Below, one piece after another: positions 1 through 9,287 of a DNA stretch of 60,328 nucleotides (its first letter is position 1; every line of letters starts with the position of its first letter). The notes beneath the pieces were generated by a model that was not told the DNA's origin, made no database searches, and worked only from the letters and a program-made list of their open reading frames with translations. Origin of the DNA: a virus (lineage: Duplodnaviria > Caudoviricetes). Where the stretch lies: positions 1 to 60,328 of the IMG/VR virus record IMGVR_UViG_3300042399_000237, one strand, 5' to 3'. The position numbers and the translations under genes were made by a program.

Positions 1-76
1 CTGTATTGCCTGAAGAATAGTATCTGTAGCAGCTACCGTACCTGCCCCTGATGTGTATCCAGTTAAGACCTTGCCT
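1..76. repeat. Imperfect repeat shared with the right end (60253-60328)
   Basis: 72/76 identical by manual alignment; the last 33 nt are identical. Both copies encode GKVLTGYTSGAGTVAATDTILQAI. Confidence 0.9.
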
Positions 77-1680
77 ATAACCGCTGAGTTGGTTAGGGTG
101 GCTGCGTTACCTACAGAGGTGGCTTCGCCTGTTAGGTTAGCATTGGTTGTCACGGTTCCGGCAGTTAGTCCTGCCGCCGTTCCAGTTATGCTAGTGCCTA
201 CTAACGCACTTGGAGTGCCTAGATCTGGCGTTACTAGAGTAGGGCTTGTTTCCCTTACAAAGACTCCAGTACCTGTGCCTGTATATTCAGCAGAGGTAGA
301 GTGAAAATACTCCGCAGTAGTTCCGCCTTGTAATCCAGCCAAGTCATTATGTAGATTAGCCAGAGGCGTATTAACGTGGGTATTTCTATCTTCGCCATTG
401 TAGGTAAGCGATATAGTCCTAGTGGCATCTGAAGTAACAAAGCCAAGAATACCCATCTTTGTTGCAGCAGTTACTACTGTTGATGGCTGAGTTGTAACCA
501 CATCAAACACGGTGTAGTTAGGAGATATAGATGTTATTTCTGGGGTAGTAATCCCAAACAGTTTCTTCCATACAGTGCCAGCAACTGCTGACTCATTTGT
601 ATACCCGCTAGGTGTAGTAATAGTTACTACCGTGTCAGAGGTTCTAGCGGTTATCTGGTACAGACCTTGCGGGGTCTGTAAGTATGATGCAGTTGTATTT
701 GTAGCAGAAGCATCTATCACTGAAGTAGCAAAGGGCGTTCCTGATGATGCTGTAGCTGTGCGGCTTGATCCTGTGCCTGTGGTAGTTACAGTACCAACTA
801 CAAATGGAGTGGCTGTATATATCTGTCTAGTAATGGTTGTAACAGAACTACTAGCAATGCTATCTACACCAGCCCATATTGTGAAGTCATATATCCCAGC
901 ATCAAATATAAGCCTATTCAGAGCAGCAGTGATAAAAGCAGAGAAAAGCACAGTATTGCTAACTGCTGTTCCTGTAATGACCTGCTCTGCTGTTGTTACC
1001 GGGATGGACGCAAAGGTAAGAATAGCTACATCGTTGTCAGCCCCTGCCGCAGTTATAACTGGAGTGGCGTTATAAAATACAACACCCGTCCCCGCTGAGG
1101 CTGGGTTTGGCGCAACATTAGTCCAAGCTGTGCCGTTATATCCAAGCAACTGGTTAACCACTGCGGTGCCAATTGATACATCAGATAGATTCTCTAATGG
1201 TATTGATATGGCAGCAGAGCCATCAAAAGACACACCTGCTATGTTCCTTGCCGTAGCTAATACCGTTGCGGCTCCTGCTGTAAGACCTGCCGCAGTGCCA
1301 GTTATGTTTGTACCTGTAAAGGCTACCGGAGTACCTAATGCAGTTGCATTACCTGAAGCGTCCAGATTGACTGACTTCTCTGAAGGGTAAGTAACGAATA
1401 CATCCTTGGTCCCAGCGGAGAATACTAGAGCTGTTGGCTCTGTTGCTGAACTGTTAGATAGAACTGTAGTACGGGCTAGTGTAGTACCGGAAGACGTATA
1501 GGTTCCAATGCCTACTTCCCACTCATTAGTACCTTGTCCTGCGATACAGTAGTAGGTAGTATTTCCATCGCCAACTACAGCAAAGGATTGAAAGCCAGCA
1601 GCAGCCCCAGCAAGCGTGAATGTGCCATTACCTGCAGTGGTGGAAGTCTCTTTTACTCTGTCAGCTAAGATGAGTGCCAT
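1..1680 (-). CDS. Tail fibre protein, N-terminal part (runs off left edge)
   Basis: Not in the ORF track because it has no stop. ATG at 1678-1680 gives MALILADRVKETSTTAGNGTFTLAGAAAGFQSF..., a common phage fibre N-terminus. The same frame reads ...GYTSGAGTVAATDTILQAIQ at position 1. Confidence 0.8.
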   Translation of the reverse strand, partial: MALILADRVKETSTTAGNGTFTLAGAAAGFQSFAVVGDGNTTYYCIAGQGTNEWEVGIGTYTSSGTTLARTTVLSNSSATEPTALVFSAGTKDVFVTYPSEKSVNLDASGNATALGTPVAFTGTNITGTAAGLTAGAATVLATARNIAGVSFDGSAAISIPLENLSDVSIGTAVVNQLLGYNGTAWTNVAPNPASAGTGVVFYNATPVITAAGADNDVAILTFASIPVTTAEQVITGTAVSNTVLFSAFITAALNRLIFDAGIYDFTIWAGVDSIASSSVTTITRQIYTATPFVVGTVTTTGTGSSRTATASSGTPFATSVIDASATNTTASYLQTPQGLYQITARTSDTVVTITTPSGYTNESAVAGTVWKKLFGITTPEITSISPNYTVFDVVTTQPSTVVTAATKMGILGFVTSDATRTISLTYNGEDRNTHVNTPLANLHNDLAGLQGGTTAEYFHSTSAEYTGTGTGVFVRETSPTLVTPDLGTPSALVGTSITGTAAGLTAGTVTTNANLTGEATSVGNAATLTNSAVIGKVLTGYTSGAGTVAATDTILQAIQ

Positions 1681-1689
1681 ATGTTCCTA

Positions 1690-3312
1690 TTATGGTTGAG
1701 TTTTTATCACTTGCCAACCGCCTGTATCTGAAGTATTTATTGTACCCCAAGCAGTACTTTCTGAATTATTTATTGTATCCCAAGTGGTAGATTCTGAGGT
1801 ATCAATTACTTCCCAGAGCAGTCTACTAGCAAGAGAATCTGAAGCCGCGGCAGATTCTGCAATTAAAGCTGCAAAAGCAGCGGCAGCGGCTGTGGATGAG
1901 GTGGCGCTAATTAGCTCCTGTATGCTCGAATGAAACTCCGCCATGCTTTCAATGGCATCAGAAGCAGAAGCTCCTTCACTAATAAATCCGTTAAGGTAGG
2001 CTAGGGCAGATGCCTCATCTAGAGCTGTAGCATTCTCATCCACGGCACTATTGATCTCAATAATTGCAGCGACTTGATCTTCTGCTGTAGCGTTTTCCTG
2101 AATTTCTGAACTGAAGTCTACCCCAGAAATTACTTGCTCAGATGCCGCTACCTGCTCTGCTATATCAACTTCAAATGTGGCTTGAGCTGCCGTAGCATCA
2201 GAAGCAGAGACAACCTCTATAACCGCCGAGTTCATGTCCGCTTGAGCAAAGACCTCATCTAGCCCAGTAGCCGACTCATCTATTGCTCCGTTTAAACTCA
2301 CTGCTGAGAAGACCTGATCTTCTGCGACCGCGCTCTCTGCTACAGCCGATGCAAATACTTCCTCTGCGCTTACCTGATCTGCAGCCGTTACTGACTCATT
2401 TATAGCTACCGCAAAGTCTAGAGCCGCTAAAGTAGAGTCTAAAACAGAGGCGGACTCATCTATAGCCGCGACAAATGTAGCTACTGCTACTACCGTATCT
2501 TGTGCAGTGACTAGCTCATGGACATCTGCAGCAAATATAGCTGCCGCAAAGACCTGCTCACTTCCAGTCGCCGACTCTGCAATACTTCCGGGCAAACTGC
2601 GAGTTGCGTCTACCTGATCTGCGGCTGTGGCACTCTCTATAACGGCTGAGGCAAAGTCTTCACTTGAACTTGCTTGATCTGCTGCTGTAACGCTCTCATC
2701 AACCGCAGTCTCAAATACAGCGAGAGCCTCGACTGTATCGGTCGCAGTAACTGACTCATTGATATTATTTAAGAATATAGCAATGGCAGAGACTTGGTCT
2801 GTGCCAGTAGCGGTCTCAGCAACGTCCGAAGCAAACCCAACAACGGATAACACTTGGTTGGATGCGGCAGAGGATTCTTGTATTGATCCGGGTAGCTCAC
2901 GGAGGGCTGATACTTGATCAGAGGCTGTAGCAGCCTCATCTATCGCAGAACTGAGGTCAACGGATGCCGTTACTGCATCTGTTGCAGTAACTGACTCAAT
3001 TATGGATACAGAAATGGCAGGGCTTGCTTCAATAGAGTCTGATGCGGTAGCAGATTCGTCAATAGAACGGCTTGTGCTTAGATAACCAACTGACTGAGCG
3101 TCAGCAGTAACTGATTCTTGTATGGAAGATATTAGATCAACATGTGCAGATACCGCGTCAGCACAGGTTGTTATTTCTTGAATCTCACGATTTGCAGTTG
3201 CAGCACTTGATACAGCATCAGAAGCAGAGGCTGACTCGCTAACTTCAGCGTTTAGAAAAGCCCCTGTTAGTGACGCAAATGGCGCAGCCGCAAATGATGA
3301 GATTCCAAACAC
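1690..3312 (-). CDS. Acidic Ala/Ser-rich repeat protein, probably virion/tail-associated
   Basis: 540 aa; about 20 tandem ~25-aa repeats (I.ES.TA.DQV.A...F); C-terminal W..I repeats; lies in the structural module. Confidence 0.7.
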   Translation of the reverse strand: MFGISSFAAAPFASLTGAFLNAEVSESASASDAVSSAATANREIQEITTCADAVSAHVDLISSIQESVTADAQSVGYLSTSRSIDESATASDSIEASPAISVSIIESVTATDAVTASVDLSSAIDEAATASDQVSALRELPGSIQESSAASNQVLSVVGFASDVAETATGTDQVSAIAIFLNNINESVTATDTVEALAVFETAVDESVTAADQASSSEDFASAVIESATAADQVDATRSLPGSIAESATGSEQVFAAAIFAADVHELVTAQDTVVAVATFVAAIDESASVLDSTLAALDFAVAINESVTAADQVSAEEVFASAVAESAVAEDQVFSAVSLNGAIDESATGLDEVFAQADMNSAVIEVVSASDATAAQATFEVDIAEQVAASEQVISGVDFSSEIQENATAEDQVAAIIEINSAVDENATALDEASALAYLNGFISEGASASDAIESMAEFHSSIQELISATSSTAAAAAFAALIAESAAASDSLASRLLWEVIDTSESTTWDTINNSESTAWGTINTSDTGGWQVIKTQP

Positions 3313-3313
3313 A

Positions 3314-3493
3314 TTACGCTTCTGTCAAGGCGGCTTCTGGGAACCAGCGGTTTTGTGAAACGCCGTCAGCATCAGTCCACTCAATATGGTAGAAGAAGTC
3401 TCCATCTTCAGTCATACGGAGAGCTTGTACTGGACCTTGTGGGGTAACAGCAAGAACTTGAACAACCTGACCTTTGGTAAATTTAGTTGCCAT
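3314..3493 (-). CDS. Small hypothetical protein (59 aa)
   Basis: Read manually: MATKFTKGQVVQVLAVTPQGPVQALRMTEDGDFFYHIEWTDADGVSQNRWFPEAALTEA. AGGAG RBS; fills the gap between neighbours. Confidence 0.75.
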   Translation of the reverse strand: MATKFTKGQVVQVLAVTPQGPVQALRMTEDGDFFYHIEWTDADGVSQNRWFPEAALTEA

Positions 3494-3505
3494 TTTTATA
3501 TCTCC

Positions 3506-4081
3506 TTATGCAGCGTCAAGGCTGAATGTGTAAGTAACATTCAAAGTATCACCAGCAACTACAGCACGATCACCGGGAGACTGGAAGTCAGAAGCTGAGA
3601 ACAAAATGCCTGATGTACCTGTAGCCACATCAGTAAGGAATGCGCCAGCAACAGTGCCGCCGGGAGCCGTAATAGCAAACGCACTAGGTGCGCCTGAGTT
3701 ATCAATAACTGAAGGATCGGCAACAGTTGCAGAGCCAAAAGTTACAGCCTTACGGTTGCCAGTGTAGTCTGTGTACTCAGTCCATCCAGCATGTGAAGCC
3801 AAGGTATCTGCTGCAACAATGGTTGCAGGACCGGGACCAGTAATTAGACCTAGATACCAAGCTGCGGTATAGGCAGCTCCAGAAAAGTACTTGTCATTCA
3901 TGTCTTGAAGACCTACGTTAACAACCAGATTTGGGTTCTTTTCTTCCCATTTCAGTTTGCCGTCTTTGTCGATACACTGAATTGTAAATACGCCAGCGCC
4001 ACCAGCGGCGGAAACTGTCGTCCCACTTAGCAGAACGCTTGCGCCTACTTTATCTACAGAAACTGCTTTATTTGAAATCAT
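3506..4081 (-). CDS. Virion structural protein (tail-related)
   Basis: 191 aa; NLVVNVG...WYLGL...GDTLNVTYTF pattern typical of phage tail/baseplate-like proteins; AGGAG RBS. Confidence 0.6.
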   Translation of the reverse strand: MISNKAVSVDKVGASVLLSGTTVSAAGGAGVFTIQCIDKDGKLKWEEKNPNLVVNVGLQDMNDKYFSGAAYTAAWYLGLITGPGPATIVAADTLASHAGWTEYTDYTGNRKAVTFGSATVADPSVIDNSGAPSAFAITAPGGTVAGAFLTDVATGTSGILFSASDFQSPGDRAVVAGDTLNVTYTFSLDAA

Positions 4082-4092
4082 TTGAAACTCCT

Positions 4093-4509
4093 TTATGAAA
4101 GTCTAATAATTGCTGAAGTATTGGAAGCGGCTGGAAATTCTACTTGGAATACCGTAGTTGAGATCTTGTCCGAACCAAAGTCTAAAACACAAACCGATGC
4201 ACCGCCAACCTTATAAATAAGCGCTCCACGAGAGGTCAATGCGCTTGTCCATGAGGTATTAGTGAAGGTGATAAATGCGGTCCCGTCCAGTATGCTCAAG
4301 GTTGGAGACAGAACATTGCCACCGGCAGTATACCCAGTCGCTACAACCTCGCCAACGGTTGTATAGGCAGCGGTATCCTGATCAAGAGTTGATGCATTGG
4401 TATACAGCGCTATCTTGAATACGTTTGTTGTGCCAACACCAAAATCAAAGTTCCCATCGAGAACTCCTGATTTAAATACGTCACAGGTAAAGTTTCCGGT
4501 AAATGGCAT
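4093..4509 (-). CDS. Virion structural protein
   Basis: 138 aa; FKIALYT...GYTAGG...VLDFGSDK motif is common in phage structural modules; TAATG coupling. Confidence 0.6.
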   Translation of the reverse strand: MPFTGNFTCDVFKSGVLDGNFDFGVGTTNVFKIALYTNASTLDQDTAAYTTVGEVVATGYTAGGNVLSPTLSILDGTAFITFTNTSWTSALTSRGALIYKVGGASVCVLDFGSDKISTTVFQVEFPAASNTSAIIRLS

Positions 4510-5204
4510 TATTTAACCGGTATCCGTACTTGCCCAGACCTGTAAGTATCCTGTCTTTCCATTCCATCACCCAGACGTTTAGCTAATGCCAATGCTTCAT
4601 TATATCGAGAAACATAATTTTCCATAACGTCTTTGTCTGACTTCATGAATGCTGCTGCTTCTAGCATTGCGCCATAAAGCAAGACTGTATCAAAGTTATC
4701 CCCAAGCCATGTTGTATTTGCTGTAACGATTGATTCAGGGTAGTAATAGTAATGAAGCTCTACGTCATAGGCTAAATCAGGGGTTGGTCCAAGAATGAAT
4801 GACAGTTCATTCGTTATGATAGGTGGCGCATCGTTAGTGGTTGTTGGTCCAAACAGGGCATAGTATTGCGGCTTTCCCGTATCTGTCTTGATAGGGTAAG
4901 CAGCCCGTATGAAGTTAACATCCTTGTTAAGCAAGAAATCATATGCATCAGTGACTGTGTCTATAACAGCCATTGAGTAAACCGCCAGAAAATCTCCGGG
5001 CGCTGACAGATATTGATTATTAGCGGTTAATACCCCAGTGACATTTTTCCGTATGGAAGGGAACTGAACACTGTTATATATCCGCTGCTCTGCCTGATCA
5101 ATAAATGTATTGATCTGTTGGGCAGACGTAAAGCTACTAACTGTTTGTGGGAACTCATTCTCACAATATGCCTTAATCGTCTGCGATAGTTCCGTGTAAT
5201 TCAT
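4509..5204 (-). CDS. Putative head-tail adaptor
   Basis: 231 aa; MNYTEL...FIDQAEQRI...GKPQYYA...LGPTPD...LLYGAMLEA pattern. Confidence 0.6.
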   Translation of the reverse strand: MNYTELSQTIKAYCENEFPQTVSSFTSAQQINTFIDQAEQRIYNSVQFPSIRKNVTGVLTANNQYLSAPGDFLAVYSMAVIDTVTDAYDFLLNKDVNFIRAAYPIKTDTGKPQYYALFGPTTTNDAPPIITNELSFILGPTPDLAYDVELHYYYYPESIVTANTTWLGDNFDTVLLYGAMLEAAAFMKSDKDVMENYVSRYNEALALAKRLGDGMERQDTYRSGQVRIPVK

Positions 5205-5386
5205 TAGCCCATCTTCTTCGAGTGACCAGTGCCTTTAGTGGCGACTCCAGTACCACGGGTCTTCATGGTCTGTGTGTTAGGGATATTGTTTGGATATCCG
5301 TTATTACCCAGATCCTCTTTTGACAGCCCAGTAATAGGCTTTGGCTGACTAGGGTTAACGCTAGATGCTTTTTCTGGAATAGCCAT
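5204..5386 (-). CDS. Small basic hypothetical protein
   Basis: 60 aa; TAATG-coupled; C-terminal RGTGVATKG resembles the tag of the GG-array proteins. Confidence 0.7.
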   Translation of the reverse strand: MAIPEKASSVNPSQPKPITGLSKEDLGNNGYPNNIPNTQTMKTRGTGVATKGTGHSKKMG

Positions 5387-5553
5387 TATTTGCTCCCAGA
5401 GTTCTTGTGCTTGAACGAAGAGACCTTTTGATTAGCAACCTTAGCCAATCCACGACCCAACTCTTTCATTTGTAGGTTGGTCTTTCCGCCTTTGCTGAAT
5501 TTCTTAACTGAGTTTCCTGCCGAAGGCTTACCAGCTGCGATTATAATCTTCAT
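5386..5553 (-). CDS. Small basic hypothetical protein (55 aa)
   Basis: Read manually: MKIIIAAGKPSAGNSVKKFSKGGKTNLQMKELGRGLAKVANQKVSSFKHKNSGSK. AGGAG RBS. Confidence 0.7.
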   Translation of the reverse strand: MKIIIAAGKPSAGNSVKKFSKGGKTNLQMKELGRGLAKVANQKVSSFKHKNSGSK

Positions 5554-5561
5554 ATTAACTC

Positions 5562-6014
5562 CTAAGTTGTGACTACTGTTACTGTTCCTAGCTGGAATGA
5601 TAAAGCTAGGTAATTTGGTGTTAGCCCCACATCGCTTGCTCTAGAACCTCCAACAGGAGCATAGCCCCACTGGATAATTCTACTTCCGCCTTCAGGATAG
5701 CCGTTTTCATCAACAGCCGTTCCTGACCCATTAACCAATTGTAACCCGCTATTACCAGACTGCAAATAGCTTAAATCCTTTCTAGGATTCCTTACAGCCT
5801 GCGGATCGTCAATTGGATACATCCCCAGTTGTAACTGAGGCTGATCCGGTTCCCAGCATTCAGGACAAACAATTATATTAACTTGCTTTGTCTTGATGAT
5901 CAAAGCCTTTAGCTGTGTTAGCTTGAACCTAAATCCGCATCGATCACACTCTGCAATCGAGTTCTTGGCGGACGCAAACCTATTACCCACAAATATAAGC
6001 CCTGCGAGGGACAA
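5562..6014 (-). CDS. Zn-ribbon phage protein
   Basis: CDRCG...CPECWEPDQPQL; the true start is probably the internal GTG (MGNRFAS). Confidence 0.7.
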   Translation of the reverse strand: MSLAGLIFVGNRFASAKNSIAECDRCGFRFKLTQLKALIIKTKQVNIIVCPECWEPDQPQLQLGMYPIDDPQAVRNPRKDLSYLQSGNSGLQLVNGSGTAVDENGYPEGGSRIIQWGYAPVGGSRASDVGLTPNYLALSFQLGTVTVVTT

Positions 6015-6723
6015 ATCTCACTGGAGACTTGTCTCTATCTTCTTCAGCAGCAAACTTCCACTGTTCCTCATACTGGTCCTTTAGGGACTGTATGCGGTCT
6101 GGAGCTATCTTGACAGCAAGGTAGTATGCCAAGCCAGCAATCAAGCAGGTAAGGAACCTAAAGGGTATGTCTTGGGTGTTAATACCATTGCCTGCGTCTT
6201 GTATCCTGCGTAAGCGCCAGTATACGAACGTGTAGTAATTGCTCTGATCTGGGGCTGGATATACATAGATCTGCGGATGGTCCACCCCAGTAGTGGGGTC
6301 TGTGCCTTCTGGTCTGCCACCTATTGGGTAGGTGGCTCCTGACTGGCGGTTAACCCACAATTGAATAGGACGACCAGTTGAGTTCTTGTTAGGGATGGTT
6401 GCGTATGTAGATACGCTAATACGGGTTATAGACAAGTCCTGCTGACTTGAACCCGTTCCTACCCTTGTTACATGTTCTAGAAGATCTATCGTATCAACAG
6501 GCAGATTGTATGAGACCTGATTAAGAACTAACGGTATCTCACCCTCTTCAATCGTCCACAGGTTTATCCCCCGGTTAGCCCATTCGACCGTCAGGAGGTT
6601 TAAACTGCGTCTTGCTGTACGGATATCATAACCAGTGCGTAGCTCTGCCCCGCAGCGCTCAAACGCTTCCTCAATGATGTTGGTGAGGTCTAGGTTAGAT
6701 GATGCTGTGCCTGATGTGGTCAT
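5983..6723 (-). CDS. Putative neck/adaptor structural protein
   Basis: 246 aa; IIEEAFERCG...ARRSLNLL..EWANRG.NLW...GLAYYLA pattern of phage structural proteins. Confidence 0.6.
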   Translation of the reverse strand: MTTSGTASSNLDLTNIIEEAFERCGAELRTGYDIRTARRSLNLLTVEWANRGINLWTIEEGEIPLVLNQVSYNLPVDTIDLLEHVTRVGTGSSQQDLSITRISVSTYATIPNKNSTGRPIQLWVNRQSGATYPIGGRPEGTDPTTGVDHPQIYVYPAPDQSNYYTFVYWRLRRIQDAGNGINTQDIPFRFLTCLIAGLAYYLAVKIAPDRIQSLKDQYEEQWKFAAEEDRDKSPVRFVPRRAYICG

Positions 6724-6978
6724 TTAGCATTTCCATGCCCGAAGGCTTTTGTTTATGCGGCTATTGGGATCATTTGCCGTCTTAGCGGATGTCAGCTTCT
6801 TTTTCATTCCTGACATTCTGGCACAGAATGACTTCTTGCGGCTTCCACCTTCTGGCTGCGGAGCCTTCAACCCGGGCTTGTCTGGGTTGGCTGCGTTATA
6901 TGAAGCCCTGCCTTTGGCGTTTAAACCGCCTTTCTCAGACTTGCCTTCTTTGCGTTGCCATGCGGGAGTCTTAGCCAT
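6724..6978 (-). CDS. Small basic phage protein (DUF6321-like)
   Basis: MAKTPAWQRKEGK...GGLNAKGRASYN...RKKSFCARM...SLRAWKC. Confidence 0.75.
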   Translation of the reverse strand: MAKTPAWQRKEGKSEKGGLNAKGRASYNAANPDKPGLKAPQPEGGSRKKSFCARMSGMKKKLTSAKTANDPNSRINKSLRAWKC

Positions 6979-7217
6979 TATCTGTACCTTGCCGTTTTCT
7001 TTGCAATAGTCTTGGGCTGCGCTACAAACTGCTTACCTGCTGCTTTGCCTGCACGCTTTGCACGGGTAGTTGCTGCGTACTCTGCTGGGCTTAAAGCCTT
7101 TATTGCTGCTTCTGGTAAATAACGCTCTCCTGTTTTAGAGGAGGGCTTCCCTGACCTAGTACGCCATTTCTGGTCGCTCCAATCTTTCAGGGATTTCTGT
7201 GGGGCTTTAAGTGCCAT
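6978..7217 (-). CDS. Small basic phage protein (DUF5872-like)
   Basis: MALKAPQKSLKDWSDQKWRTRSGKPSSKTGERYLP...KQFVAQP; start moved to the MALK ATG. Confidence 0.7.
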   Translation of the reverse strand: MALKAPQKSLKDWSDQKWRTRSGKPSSKTGERYLPEAAIKALSPAEYAATTRAKRAGKAAGKQFVAQPKTIAKKTARYR

Positions 7218-7665
7218 CGCCATAACTCCCAAATGCTTCAAGGTATTCCAAGGCGTTGCGTAAAACTGCGGGGCTATCCTTAAACATCCCTAATGCACGA
7301 TTACATTGTTTACACAATATCCCACGAAATTCGTCTGTTTGGTGGTTGTGGTCAATCGCACTATCTGTAAGCGTAATTCCAGTATTGCAAATAGCGCAAC
7401 AACCTTCCTGCCTTTCATACCTATCAACTAATTCTTCTGGCGTTATACCTCGCCTTGCACATCTCTTAGCTAGAGTCCACGGGTCTCGCTCCCGGTACTC
7501 ATTAACGCGCTCTTGGTTACTTTCTGTCCAAGCTCGATGCTTTTTGAATAAACATGTATTGCAATAACTTTTTAGAAGATGCTTCATCTTACCACCACGG
7601 CTTCTAAAACCAGTTGTTGGTTTAGTTTCCCCGCAATCGGTACACGTCTTTATTGGTTCAGTCAC
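7207..7665 (-). CDS. Free-standing endonuclease VII-family (His-Me finger) homing endonuclease
   Basis: N-terminal CxxC...CxxC; GITPEELVDRYERQEGCCAIC...IDHNHQTDEFRGILCKQCNRALGMFKD. A GTG start overlaps the upstream stop (GTGACTGA). Confidence 0.85.
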   Translation of the reverse strand: MTEPIKTCTDCGETKPTTGFRSRGGKMKHLLKSYCNTCLFKKHRAWTESNQERVNEYRERDPWTLAKRCARRGITPEELVDRYERQEGCCAICNTGITLTDSAIDHNHQTDEFRGILCKQCNRALGMFKDSPAVLRNALEYLEAFGSYGDGT

Positions 7666-7837
7666 GATAGCCGCCGCCAGCAGCCTTATATTTCTTTGCA
7701 ACTAATTGGCTTTTTCTAGCTGACCATTCCCCAGCGCCAGTACCCTGAGTTGCAGCTGCCTTTACCTGAGCCACAATCTTCTTGCGAAGGGTAGGCTTTG
7801 TGTAATTACCAGCAGCGTTAACTTTGCTCTTAGCCAT
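7658..7837 (-). CDS. Small basic phage protein (59 aa)
   Basis: Read manually: MAKSKVNAAGNYTKPTLRKKIVAQVKAAATQGTGAGEWSARKAQLVAKKYKAAGGGYRD. Confidence 0.8.
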   Translation of the reverse strand: MAKSKVNAAGNYTKPTLRKKIVAQVKAAATQGTGAGEWSARKSQLVAKKYKAAGGGYRD

Positions 7838-7857
7838 TATAGAGTCTCTATAATAAG

Positions 7858-8007
7858 TTACTTCTTATTTACAATTGGCTTCTTAACATAAAGCTCTCTG
7901 AAGCGTTCTGCCTCAATAGACTTCATGTCTCTACGTTCTTCTGTTGCCCGTATTATCCAATCAAACACGTTGCCGCATTCTTTTCGGTACTCAGCCCACT
8001 TGATCAC
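7858..8007 (-). CDS. Small hypothetical protein (49 aa)
   Basis: GTGA overlap with the upstream stop; MIKWAEYRKECGNVFDWIIRATEERRDMKSIEAERFRELYVKKPIVNKK. Confidence 0.55.
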   Translation of the reverse strand: MIKWAEYRKECGNVFDWIIRATEERRDMKSIEAERFRELYVKKPIVNKK

Positions 8008-8135
8008 TTAGCTTTAGGCTGCTTTCCTATAGCCCCGCCGTGTTTATACAGCGTGACAGGGTTATCCCCATCACGCTTCTTGATCTTACGGAGCTTGGCT
8101 GGGCTAATAATACCCATTCCACGGCTTGGCAACAT
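8004..8135 (-). CDS. Small basic GG-motif protein (43 aa)
   Basis: MLPSRGMGIISPAKLRKIKKRDGDNPVTLYKHGGAIGKQPKAK; TAATG-coupled. Confidence 0.7.
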   Translation of the reverse strand: MLPSRGMGIISPAKLRKIKKRDGDNPVTLYKHGGAIGKQPKAK

Positions 8136-8530
8136 TAGCAGACCCGTCCACCCTTGCGAAGCATTGTTCCTTTGGTGCGACCCCGTTGAGCGATTCCATC
8201 AGCGCGTTTAGACACTGAGCCACCACTCTTCATTCCCGGAGACATCATTGGAGGAGCCATTGGAGAAACCATTGGCGCAGCTCCCATCTTTGCGTCCAGT
8301 ATCTTGCTGGCTAACTTGGCAACAGTCTTTTTATCTACCGGACCCTTGCGCTTGATTGGGAATCCTGACATTCCATCTTTAGCCATGCCACCAGCTCTAA
8401 GACCCGCGTGGGCTTTAGAAGCAGGTTTAGCAGCATGTTTAGCCAAATTTTTCATGGCTGAGTCTTTCATCATCTTACCGTCAGGCATCTTGTGCATACC
8501 GCCCTTAGCCATCATTTTTGCTTTCATCAT
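8135..8530 (-). CDS. Basic Met/Lys-rich GG-motif protein
   Basis: 131 aa; four xxGG motifs; KRADGIAQRGRTKG tag. Confidence 0.8.
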   Translation of the reverse strand: MMKAKMMAKGGMHKMPDGKMMKDSAMKNLAKHAAKPASKAHAGLRAGGMAKDGMSGFPIKRKGPVDKKTVAKLASKILDAKMGAAPMVSPMAPPMMSPGMKSGGSVSKRADGIAQRGRTKGTMLRKGGRVC

Positions 8531-8703
8531 TATAGAGTCCGTCCTTTAGTTTTACCACGTTTAGCTGCACCATCTGCTCGTTTAGCTTCACTTAAAGAGA
8601 TAGCGATAGCTTGCTTCGGATTGGTCACCTTCTGTCCTGATGAGGACTTGAGTGACCCCTTTTTAAACTCCCTCATTACTATGGCTATCTTAGCCTTTTT
8701 CAT
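8530..8703 (-). CDS. DUF6496-like small basic protein with C-terminal tag (57 aa)
   Basis: Read manually: MKKAKIAIVMREFKKGSLKSSSGQKVTNPKQAIAISLSEAKRADGAAKRGKTKGRTL. Confidence 0.75.
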   Translation of the reverse strand: MKKAKIAIVMREFKKGSLKSSSGQKVTNPKQAIAISLSEAKRADGAAKRGKTKGRTL

Positions 8704-8705
8704 TA

Positions 8706-9287
8706 TTATGAACCTGTTGGAGATGATCCCCCACCCTTACCGCCCACTGGCGGGGTGCTTGGCTGACCAGTTGCGGGTAGTTGCGACTGACCCCTTAGAA
8801 GGCTATTTATAAACGCCACTTGCGATCCTTGCTGACCATACTGACCTTGACCCCTTAGTTGATCAAGTTGACGGTCATATCCGCCTCTGTTCTGATTCAT
8901 AAACCCACGCTGCTGACCAAACCTACCATACTGCGGCTGACTGCCCGGAGCGTTTAAACTCTGATCTGCGTATACCGGACCCTGAGCAGGCTGTGCAACT
9001 GGCTGCGGCTGCTGAAAGCTTTGCGGGAAGCGATTAAACATCTGTTGCTGCGGCGTTCTATTCTGTCCATAGGTTTGCATGAACGGATTGAATTGAGGCT
9101 GCTGAGGAGCTACAGGAGCGACCGCAGGGGCAGGTGTGGCTACAGGCACAGGCGTGGCTGCAGGAGTCTTGGTATTTGTCCCGTAGTAAGGATCTGGGTC
9201 ATATGGAGCCAGAGGAGCTGGAGAAGCTACAGGGGCTGCAGGGGATACTCCAGCCAACTGACCAAAGAGAGGCTGCATTGTACTCAT
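8706..9287 (-). CDS. Pro/Gln-rich low-complexity protein
   Basis: 193 aa; fits the coupled gene array. Confidence 0.7.
   Translation of the reverse strand: MSTMQPLFGQLAGVSPAAPVASPAPLAPYDPDPYYGTNTKTPAATPVPVATPAPAVAPVAPQQPQFNPFMQTYGQNRTPQQQMFNRFPQSFQQPQPVAQPAQGPVYADQSLNAPGSQPQYGRFGQQRGFMNQNRGGYDRQLDQLRGQGQYGQQGSQVAFINSLLRGQSQLPATGQPSTPPVGGKGGGSSPTGS

Noticed and set aside
53-1390. Plus-strand ORFs 53-304, 575-1075 and 1130-1390
   Set aside because: They are antisense shadows of the minus-strand tail-fibre frame. The same applies to most plus-strand ORFs in 1-22 kb and 39-60 kb.
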